The translations under genes were made by a program, and so were the position numbers. A DNA stretch of 62,058 nt, counting the filler, from Choristocarpus tenellus KU-1152 (Eukaryota; Protista; Phaeophyceae): assembly GCA_964200185.2 (NCBI GenBank). It is 12 parts of 12 records of this genome, joined end to end, with 100 filler letters (N's around TTAATTAATTAA, not from the genome) between each part and the next. Parts side by side here need not be neighbours in the genome. Positions count along the whole stretch, not along the records: positions 51,594 to 56,530 come from CAXNAD020012458.1; positions 56,631 to 62,058 come from CAXNAD020010810.1; 10 more parts are not named here. One strand, 5' to 3'. The notes below the pieces were generated by a model, which searched no databases, was not told the origin of the DNA, and saw only the letters and a list, made by a program, of their open reading frames with translations. Below, piece after piece: positions 51,599 through 62,058 of the stretch; the first letter of the stretch is position 1, and each line of letters opens with the position of its first letter.

Positions 51599-54306
51599 AT
51601 TTGGATGAAAGTGTCACGCCTGAGTCTACCGAGGTGCGCTGAATAGGGGGGGCGGGGGGGGGGGGGGGGGAAGGGGAGGTCTTTGTTGTGGTTGTCTTGT
51701 TAGGCTGCGTCTAACCTAACGATTTGAGGATTGTTGCATTGCTTGGCAGATGTTTGGAGCTTGATGAAAAGCACACCGGGAAGGGACCGTACGTGGCGTA
51801 TTTGTTGACTGTAATGAGAAAAAAATAATAATAGGAATTGTGCTCTGTAGCATGCAGGTAAAGTAAAGTGTCCAGTATCCTACGTAGTTTCAAATATAGT
51901 GACAATGGGTGCATGTCTTGAGGATTCGGATGGCGGTCGAATCTTGGCGAAAGGAGAGTCATTGTTCACTTTTTAACTTCCAATTTCTTGCTTATCTGTT
52001 ATCCACAAGATGTGACTTAGAAGACTCTATTAAAAGGCAGTCTGGCTTGCATAGTGGGGAGAATGGTGCAGTGTCTACATGATGACTGCTGTGCGGCAAG
52101 CAAGGTAGACTGCAAAGTCTGCTAGTGTGTGTACTTGCTTGTGCTTTGGTGTTCACAATGGCTGGTTCAGTCCATACTAGGTACAGGTAGAATGCCTCAC
52201 CTGCTATGTCCTCAATTGGAGTGGGTCTCCTGCTTGTCCTCCTCTGCTGAGCTATGTTGGAGCTATGCACAAAGCGCTTATTTTGGGGGTCCTTTGCAGT
52301 TGAGATCAAGGTCTAGGGACTCTGATTGGGTCTGGAGCAAGTCCTCACCAGACCAGTGACACAAAGTCCATATTGCATGTACAGGTCTACTCCCCTCCCT
52401 CGGTGAACCCTTGGTAGCCTTGATGCTATTTGTATGTCACCTCTCCCCTTCACCACCACCACCACCACCATAATCTTCCACCCTCGCAACGTCTTTCTCG
52501 ATGCAGGCGGCGTTGGGACGCTGTGAGTGGTCTAAGGCTGTTCTGATGGCCCTCCACCTCAACGAACGGGAGCTGAGGGAGAAGGTGGTGGATTCTGTGC
52601 CGCAGGCAGAGGTGGACCTAGCAGCCAAGGCCCTGCCAGCTTCATATGCACTGCGACTTCTGGGGGTGTTGGCAGACAGGCAAGTTTGTTTCTCATTTTG
52701 TTTTGGGGGGGGGGGGGGGGAGTTCGTAAAATGCGTTCTATGGTGTTGAAGTGTGGTGGTCCTTTTGACTTACAATCGTAAGAGGGTAGGGGGAGTTTGA
52801 GAGTGGCATTTGTGATCTGATCTTTTCGGTGTGTTGTTTTGTATGCTTGCATGGATGACATAGGTTGGTTGACATGCCACTGTAGCTGGAACTGGACAAA
52901 AGTGAGGAGCTTACAAAGCTAGACTCCCCACCTCCTCCCTCCTCCATGGGTGATGAGGATGAAAATAAGCATGTGTATTTGCTTGATTTCTCCTTTTGGT
53001 TGACACATCAATAAGAAAAATAGAGGTGCAATATACTAGACCTAACCCTTCTCATTTCATACAGCTGTAAGAACATACAAGGTCAGGATTGTAGTAGGGG
53101 TCACAGATATCTGTTGTACAGGTTTGGAGGGTGGACATGTGGAATTGGCAGTTCTTTATCTCACAATAAATCTCTTTGTGTTGGCAAACTGCTGAGCTAA
53201 GTCTGCGTCCTTGTCCTGTTGCAAGATGACTTTCTGATTTTCTTATGGTTTCTTCTCTTCAGGAAGAAAAAAAAATGTCAATGTGTATGTACAGTGATGA
53301 CATGACGTAAAAGTATTTATTCTCAGGGGTTTTGTTTTAGGAAAATATATTTTTTAATTAATAAGAATGAGAGCAACTTTTACCTGGTAGATAGTGCATC
53401 CATTGAACACACATTTCTTAGTAGTGGTTTGCGCTATCGGTTGATTGGGTGGTTGTATGTTCGGATGGGGTGGGTGGATTGATGAATTGGTTGTTTACCA
53501 GTGAATAATGTGAAGCTCTTCGAAAATAGGAGAAAGGTGTGAAAATGAAAGAGCCCTACACTTGTCAATATCATAATAATAGTAACTCATTTTTAATGTT
53601 CATGGAGGCCAAGGTTATGTTCAAAGGGTCAATGTGCTCAATGTGAGCAACCTACTTTCAGAACACTATGCTGCCGGGTATCGAACAGTGTGCTTTCGTC
53701 GTATTCAAACTACCCTTTTCTAACGGTCATTCATCGATGTCTGCACCAATTCATCTGCATGTGTGTGTGAATATTTTTGCGTCAGGCTGGGACACTCCCC
53801 TCGTCTGGAATTCCACCTGACATGGTGCCTTGTTGCACTCCGCTACCATGGATCGCACCTCAAGGGGTTGGCAGCATCAGACACAAGAGCTGTGAGCACC
53901 ATGAGGAACTTGCAGAGAGTCATGACGTTGCACCAGACTGACCTGTTCAAGCTTTGTCAGGTGTGTTTTAGGATAAGAATGCAATTGTTTAGAGAATAGT
54001 TTTTCCTAAAGGAGAACGGTGATGTTATGACATGTTCTCGACACCTTGCTACACTGCTTTACTATGAGGCATGCACATCTGTAATTTATACCTAAAATAG
54101 GTTAAGTGGTCTCTTGGACCCGGTCTGAAGCTGATATTGCAGGGTGATCAATGCGTGGTTTTGTTGTGGACATCTACCCGACTTAATGCCACCATCATGT
54201 TTTCATCTCTTTACAGGAAAATCAGTACACGTTGGACTTCATAGCCTCATCAGGAGGGGCTAAGGAGATCGAGGAGGGACCTACAAGGACAGAAGTTTTA
54301 GCCTAA
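51599..54306 (+). CDS. PWP2: PWP2/Utp1 (U3 snoRNP, small-subunit processome) C-terminus. Exons 51599-51633, 52507-52679, 53786-53960, 54217-54306
   Basis: LDESVTPE|...AVLMALHLNE...LPASYALRLLGVLADR|LGHSPRLEFHLTW...HG...LFKLCQ|ENQYTLDF matches the PWP2 C-terminal Utp12-type domain. Confidence 0.85.
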
Positions 54307-56456
54307 ACTGATTAGTTCGTTCTACACTTTATGAATTTATGCTAAAGGGAAGGGAAGGAAGGGGAAGCCACACATCAGTCCCCCTTCCTGACCTCCCTTT
54401 GATTTTGTTGTTGGTATAGTAGTATTCCTTGCGCAGTGATTAAACCCTTCCATAAATAATGTGGTTAATAGAGCAATAACACAACTGATCGAGGAGATGT
54501 ATCTAATATATGTGTGAGCGTGTGAGGCTCCTCTTGTGTGAGTGAGCTCTTGTGTATTGATGGTGTGCGTATTTTGAGTAGTGTATCCACATGTATCAGA
54601 GGATGGGATGGGCAAGGGAGTCCCTTGCTTGCATCCTCTATGACAATCTGTGAATTCTGTGCTCATGTACAACTGCGATTGTCAGGAGGAAGATGTAGTA
54701 CATGGCATTAGGATGGATAGCTTCAGTGTTGCCAAGTGCTGTGTTAGTGTGCGTTTAAAGTATATTCCATGATTCGAAAGGTATTTCATCTACAAGGTCA
54801 GGCAATAATAAACCCAACTGTCACTTAGCATTATGAAGAAACAGTCGAGTTGTAATGATAAGTATGCTGCCTTGCACTGCTGCTGCCCATTTTTACCATT
54901 CAAATACTGCTTCATACAAGCTTTATGGGAACTTTCCACTCTACTACTGTAGTTTGTTCCTCTGTCAGCTTGCTTGTACAGCAAGATAGTATATAGTAAT
55001 GTGAATTGCAGCTATTATATGATCGAAGTCCGTACCCAAGGGGTTGGAGGTGGTTATCGTTTGTTTCAACAGCAGTTAGTTGCATAGAATTGAGAATGGC
55101 TTATTTTTATAATAGAGTCCTCAGTATTTTGAAAGGGAAAAGGGTACTGAGAGATTAACTACAAATCCACTTGCTCCAAGCAAGGAATTATTCTCAAAGT
55201 TGCAGGCAGGAACCGTGACAACAGCTCAATCTTGTAATTTTTTAATCTTATTGTTGGTGTCCTGGGTCCATGTTCCTGGCGTTTGTTGTTCCCCATTACA
55301 CTACTACCCCACCACAAGTCGTTTCATCATCCTGCTCTCTCCTGTGATTGGTGCCCCTTACTGACTGTTGTGTTGCATTTTTGAACTAGTAATAAGTAAC
55401 GACAGGTATTACCTTTGTTCTCTATTGTATAAATTTCATGTAGCGGGGGGGTTCCCACATCAAATTTTTCTGGTTGGATCGCATTGTTGTGAAGAATGCA
55501 ACCAGTTAGTCAATTCAAGTACCAAGTTCGTATGTGTGTGTTGGAAGGGAAAGAGAGCATGAGGTGGGGAAGAAGAGGTAAACCAAGACCTTGGTTTAAA
55601 ATCCGTGGTGAGAGAGAGGTCTTTCAGTCACACAGTGGTCGTGTAGTACACTGATAAAATGCAAGATGCCCAAGATTGCTGAAAGAAAAAATCTGACGGG
55701 TGACCGGAGCCCAGTCAGTGATCGCAAAGTTGATCCAAGGCAGCGATGGGGGGTCGTTGACCAAGTTGGACTTCAAGTGAGTTGCCAAGATGTTAACGCC
55801 AACCCTACTATTTCAAGGCTGTCAAATGATAATGTTGCCCAAAAGGACTCAAGTGTTTTGGATCCCAACTTAGGTTAGTGCAGAATGGAAGAGACGGTCG
55901 CAATAGCATCGACATCAACCGGATATGAGAGTATCATTAATATTATTTCTTCAGAGTTGATTTCAACCAAAAGATTATACAAATGGTAGGGACCAAACTT
56001 TGGTAGGAAAAAAGTATATTTTTGCACATACTTGTCAACATCCTTGAATTGCAACCCTGGGACGTCTTGTTTGTGTTGACTCACGAAGAATTTGCTAGAT
56101 TATCTGTCATTCTTTTGAACATTGTGTATCATTAGGCAATACAATATTATTCTCACTCAATATTTCGATAGTGTTGTAAAGTGGGGAGGGTGAGAGGAAC
56201 CATGGTTTACCAGACAAAAAAAGGGAAGAATTACAATGTATCTCGTTATCGTAAGGCATACTTCAAAGCAATCGATACAATTTTCAGAACAGGTTGTCCT
56301 GTTGATACGAATAAACGCGATATGCAAAGAAAGCCCAACTCCTAATCTAAATGTTGGAATTGGTGTCTTCAGTCGTGGACCTCCTTGACTGAAGAAGCAA
56401 TTCCAAAAAATTTGGAACACCTCGTCGGGACCGAAACGGACGCCCCCTCACAAACC

Positions 56457-56489
<33 letters not shown>

Positions 56490-57589
56490 CCGTCCGGTCT
56501 TTTTGCTTGTTTTTTGTTTAGTGTGTATGANNNNNNNNNNNNNNNNNNNNNNNNNNNNNNNNNNNNNNNNNNNNTTAATTAATTAANNNNNNNNNNNNNN
56601 NNNNNNNNNNNNNNNNNNNNNNNNNNNNNNAATTTTGGCTATCGTGTTGTTAGGGAGTGTCAATGTCCTTGTTCCTGACACACCTTTTTATAACATAACA
56701 CTTTACCTACTCCGAAAAAATTGGAGTAGGAAATTTCATTTAAAAAAAACATGGGAAGGCAAGCCTCAAACGGACAAACAGGGCAAAACTCGTACCCTCT
56801 AAGATACTTTCACTCTTTTGAGATGGATCCAGAGGCAACGTTTGGACCAATACCCCTGCTTGTCCACATTCGTGAAGTGGAGACCCTTCTACATCACCAA
56901 GGCCACTCAAAGGTTTGTCGAGAAACACAGTTTCATACTAATGTTCCAATAGACCTACAACATAAGAGCATGTAAACGCTCAACACGTTCCATAGTGTCA
57001 CCAACTCAAGAGCCATATATATAGAGAGAGATTTTACCCCTCGCCCATCGTGAAAAACAAGCGAGACCTCCCTACCTGATCTCTTGCGCATCTGTTACAG
57101 GCGAATAGCGCGAGCATTTCTTTCCGCGTGCCAACATGCGTAAACAATATACGTACGTAACAATTCATAAAAGAGGAACGTTGTATTGATAATAGACGCG
57201 GAGTAAGATTTGAGATGCATACATTACCTCACCGAATAGACGTTAATCCCTGGAAGTTGCAGAAGAGTTTTGTTATTTGAATATGTAAACAAAAGCTTGC
57301 GGATGTCTTTTGACTTTATTGTCTGAAGAGGTCGGGCGAATGATGAGAATATATGAGAAGGACTTTGGGATGAGATGATCCTTTACCTTTTCATCTGTCT
57401 TTATCTTGAACGAAGCATTGAGTCGAGCTTTGAGCTACGTACTGAGTGGAGTATTGTGAGAAGGCTATCTGACACCCAAGAAACTGGTTTTATAGGTAAC
57501 GCCTCTATAGCGTTGTTCTAAGGTCATTGGATTTGAGTTGTACATCCTGTGGAGGTGAGTTCTGGGGCACGCTGTAACACATACAGGAC

Positions 57590-59370
57590 ATGCGTTTGCG
57601 TTCACCACATGACCAGCGACCTATTGGTCCAATGCTTGAGGGAAAACTGGAACAAAGAGCCATATCTCTCTAGGAAGGAGAGGCAGCTCGTGGTGGGGAA
57701 TATATTCATTGTGCGAAAGGAGCCATCAGAGTAAAATGGGATGGAGTTCCTGCTTTTCACACTGTACACCAGAAGGAGACCATTAAATGGAACGCCAGGG
57801 ACCATTCCAGCAAGAGACGGATGTTCATTGCTGGTGATGAAGTCGTGTTTGTCAGGGAAGACTTCGAGATGTTGACTGCCAGTTTTGTCGATGGAGTTCC
57901 GACAGTTCGCCTGTTACGTGTGGGCAGGATGACCTACGCTAGGTTTTTTACAAAATATTATTCTCTTGTTGTATGTACGAAAAATTGTACTATCTATTTA
58001 CAGCACATTCGGGAATGTTCAGAGAATTTTACAAATGAATATTCTAAATGGAATTATTCCGTGTAGATTTTTCTCTCAAGTTCATGTGTTGTGTTTGTTT
58101 GTTTTGGTTCTAATCACAGGCATCAGACAACACCTCTCTACTACAAACACTGCTGTCTTACACGATGGTCTTCACAGTCACCTTCGTTACCCTAACCCAA
58201 TTGACACAAAATATTGTGGTTACTCTGCAGGACGCTTAACCGAGCCCCTATGTCGTCCCCCTTCAGGTTATACTCGACCCTGACTTCACACACCTTTGTC
58301 GTAGTAAAACCTCGACGATACGTACACCATCCTGCCTGGTCAGGGCCAGAGATTCACTACGGAATCCAATCGGCAATCCCTCAGTGGGGTACCTGTTCAC
58401 TTCTCAAGACAATGCAGACATGGAGACACATCCAATTCCAAGTCTGGCAGAGGCACTACTTTCAACCTATGCGGGAGTGGGGGTGCTATCGTCTGGGGGG
58501 AGGTCCGCGACGTTGACATAGGCAATTCTGGGGTATGAATCTACTCTGTGTATTACCAAGGTGAGCATGGCGAGAGCTACTTGCCGCCTGGACTGAGGTC
58601 ATTCATGACAGAGGACGGCATTGAGGAGGGAGTGAAACAACTACAGGAGAAGGAGAAGAGGGACTGCGATAAGACTGTATCCCAGCGTGCCAACCAATGC
58701 CGCGTGCAGATGATTAACTATTAGAACACTAGTAAACCCCTATGTCTACTGAGAAGGCAGTCGGTTCACTACCTACTTGGTAGGCACAGGGGTTTACTAG
58801 TGTTCTAACAAAGCTAATCCTGGGGATCACAAGCCATTAGACTTGATGAGGTTTCGCCCGAGGGCTGCTACCCCTCTAACAAGCAACCAACTTCGGTGGG
58901 GCAGCTAGAAATGTGAGGTTGTGTATTCTGGTGGCGTGTTTAGCCTTTTACAGATGTGTAACCATGTAACCATGCCGGGATTCGATCCCATGACAGTAGC
59001 GTTGATTAGAACACTGAGGGTTGTCCCGGATTTGGACTGGGAAGGGATACTTTATTCAAGAGCCAAGGGCAGGGGACTGTACCATCGAGTGGACGATCAG
59101 TGGATGCGAGGGACTGTTACCAAATACCAGCTCCGACACGCGGTGCGAGTGGGAGAGGAGCGAGTCAACTACCCCTATGAGGTGAAATGGGAGAATGGCG
59201 AGGTGAGAAATATCCAGGTTCTTGAACAATGATACAGTACGAAGCAAGACACTGAGCCAAGTTCCTGGTTTTGGACGAGTCCCACATTACCGTAATATAG
59301 TAGGGAGGACACAGCATCGGACAGGCTACAATCTTCTGTAATTCCTAGTCGTGTGTCACCCCCTCCCTTC
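57590..59370 (+). mobile_element. Unclassified Tudor/SH3-like repeated element (copy 2), with in-frame stops
   Basis: Homologous to the reverse complement of 33600-35500. Confidence 0.65.
58721..59016. mobile_element. tRNA-derived (SINE-like) insert with a long inverted repeat
   Basis: Absent from copy 1. 21-bp perfect IR at 58721-58741/58788-58808. B-box-like GGGATCGAATCCC on the minus strand. TTAGAACACT at both ends. Confidence 0.6.
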
Positions 59371-59992
59371 ATCCATCCAGTACATCATGCTTCTGTGGAC
59401 ATCCTGTTCTATAGAGGTTGGACTTTGTTGAGGCAGTTCATTTTTCATTATTACATTCTGTGTTACATCCATGTGTCGTATCTTTTCTATGTATGTGTGT
59501 TGCTACAGCTTTGTTTATCGTCCTGATTAGTGTAGATGTTTAGAATCTGTATCTTGGGAATTTTTTTTTATGAGTAATGGTATACACCATAGTGTATCTA
59601 GAGATATATGAAGAGAATGATTAATATCAAAATTTTATATTTGCTTCTCTTTATGTTTGTTAAAAAGAGAAGCTGTTCTTATACACAAATAAATGAACAT
59701 CACAAGGGAATGAATTTGTCACGTCCTCTTATAGTGTGGTCTTTTATTACATGCAGCGGTCCTTGTACCCTATATACGAACACAATCAACAATGAGCACA
59801 CATTCTTCTCTCCCGGATGTCGCACTTTAGGACATTGATATGGCATTCTGCACTCAATAAGGGACATAATTATATCCCTCTAATATACAAACGCGAATAT
59901 ACACCAGTAAACTCATCCCCTAGCACCCCCTAGTACATACAATGCACAAGTAGTTTCCCTTCACGCCCTCAGATATTTACGAGGCTCCAAGG

Positions 59993-60300
59993 TCAAATGA
60001 CAAACAGATAATTGCTTGCGCTACATTTGACATACTCTCCCGTACTTCTCGCTCTCTCCTCTGGTGGTTCTATGTTTACCCTGCAGGGGTTCATGGGAGG
60101 AATAATAGAGATATCTGGCAGGGCTTTGATCGCTGATAAAAGTCGAACAATCGAATGCTCTTTGCAGTTGTTGTAGATACACGTGTTAGGGAAAGATTGA
60201 ACCCATTCTTGAAATTTGGCAACAGGGGAATAGAACAAATCCTGTCCTCCAGAACTCATGGGGGTAGGCTCTTGTGAGAAAGATGTATCATGATCAAGGG
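59993..60300 (-). CDS. Possible terminal exon of an unknown gene
   Basis: Open frame of ~100 codons; no recognisable domain. Confidence 0.25.
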
Positions 60301-62058
60301 ACCAAGTACATAGCCCCAGGGTATGTGGTCAGGGTCTAGGGTAGGTCAATATACTCAAGCCTACGCTTCACTGATGGCGCTTTATTTCTCGAAGTCGTCT
60401 CAACTTTCTGACTAGGGTCAACAGCCTTTTGAGTTGGTTGCACTCCCTTCTTGTCCGCTATTGTGGCTTGTCCCTACATCTCTGGTGAGGCCCCAACACA
60501 CAATGGCATTAGTACAACTGTTATGAGGCCTGGTTTTGAGATATTGAGGGAGATGAGAACCACCAGAAATGAGGTTCAGAAAGGAAGCAAGAGATGAGAC
60601 TCAGGCATGGTGGGCGTATATTTTGACAGTGTCAGAGTGCCATGAGAACCAATCTCCACTGTGAATTGGTTGTGACCAGTCAGAACAGAAAACCTAATCT
60701 CGGGCTTTGCTGGTTTGAATCCAGTGTTCATATCGGGGTTACGACGAAGGTGGTTGTCCGTCTCACCCACACCACATTACTTCAGCTGGCCTTACATGGT
60801 AAAAGGTGGCGCGTGCAAATGCATAAGACTGCGCATATTTTCTACATTAATATTGGGAAATCTCAAAAAGGTGACTTGTCCTTGATATTTATATCAATTT
60901 CAAGTTCACACCCGCACTCTCTGAAAATAAAAATGGATCGATCTTCTATATCTCCCCAAACTTTAATAAAATTGATCGGTTCCATCATGCATAACACATA
61001 TAGGGGGTGTGTGCCTATATAAGAAGAGGGTTGGGACGAGCAAAGAATCCCTCTCTTATTGTATATAAGAGTGATTTTCTCTTAAACCGAGGGATCGCGA
61101 TAAGAGAAACCTATGTTGCATTGAGCAATAGTGCTCGTAGGCACTTTATACTTGTCTCCAAACGAAGACAGAGTGACGCCCTTGCTGTATGTGATTCACA
61201 TGTGCCTTCAAGAGTAGTTATATGTCAATATGTATCGAACGTTGCCTTCGGTTAGCCCATTTCAATGAAGCTGTGGTAGTGAGCAAGCACCACATCTACA
61301 CCACCCCTTCACAGTACACCAGTGTCGTATGTATACAGTACTGTAACTTTGGTAAATTGCACTCATTACGATGTATTCACTCATATGTATAATAAACATT
61401 CCCAAGAAAAGCATTCACTAGCCGTTGGATGGCTGAACAGATGACTCGAAGTTAAGAATACACCTAGGTAAACCACGAGGACGGTCATGGGTATACCTGT
61501 GCTCAAGTATCCCGTATGTGGATATACCCAACAAAAATACCGGACCAAGATTAATGTCAAAACTAAGAAGAAGCAGGGGACGGAGGGACAAGTGATGAGG
61601 AGCCCAAGTAAACCAAAGGTGCCCAGGTTTGGCCGTTTCTCATTTTATGCCAATTCTTTAATTTTTGCAATTCACCCATATTTCTATGGATAAGGTCTCA
61701 ACTTCGACTTGGGAGTGTTGATTTCTCTATTGTTTAAGACTTTTGAACAGACTTCAGAAAATATCCTACATGCATTTGTAAAAAAAGTCGAATTTTGCAC
61801 ATATTTGTCAGCATCCTTAAAATGCAACTCTGGATACCCCTCGTTTAATTTGACACGAGGGGAGTGCTGAACTCAACAAATGACTAGGAAGGCAGAACAA
61901 CTAGTTGTAGTGCAACGGTTAGCTGTTAGCATCAGGAACTATTGATAGTGCAATATGAAGTGCCTGTGCAATATAGACTAGTAGTCTATATGGTTTATAG
62001 TATAAAAGTGAATGAAGTAATTTAACTTGAACTTATAAGTGACTGACGTAGTGTAACT

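Noticed and set aside
58840-58875. Hammerhead-like GCCCTCGGGCGAAAC on the minus strand
   Set aside because: It lacks the upstream CUGANGA box.
61100-61200. LysM-like peptide TYSKGVTLSSFGDKYKVPTSTIAQCN on the minus strand
   Set aside because: Short, flanked by stops and without clear splice support; could be chance.

Overview
This is eukaryotic DNA with spliceosomal introns, and it is not one locus. It is 12 short contigs joined by artificial 100-bp N44-TTAATTAATTAA-N44 spacers, so adjacency across spacers carries no biological meaning. Intron-rich PPR genes, an ASAFAP-like plastid-targeting motif and many interstitial (CCCTAA)n tracts suggest a photosynthetic stramenopile, probably a brown alga (inference). 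Recognisable host genes, mostly partial: a Golgi-type carbohydrate sulfotransferase, a SAM-domain protein, two PPR proteins, an FN3 + tRNA-binding (EMAPII/Arc1p-type) protein, an IQ-repeat protein, a USP deubiquitinase, the PWP2 C-terminus (with a GC-AG intron) and a decayed TALE homeobox. Mobile DNA: a decayed Ty1/copia element that appears inserted into a transposase HTH, a decayed DD39D-type mariner transposase, a CRE-like non-LTR fragment, and three related MITE families. These MITEs share an AAAGTATCT terminal core, sit at many contig ends and nest in one another. The most unusual observations are (i) an LTR end whose primer-binding site runs on through ~70 nt of tRNA-Ser including CCA, (ii) an unclassified repeated element encoding several Tudor/SH3-like modules, present in two contigs, and (iii) a circularly permuted ~286-bp tRNA-like hairpin insert inside one of those copies. 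I see no prokaryotic systems such as CRISPR or operons.
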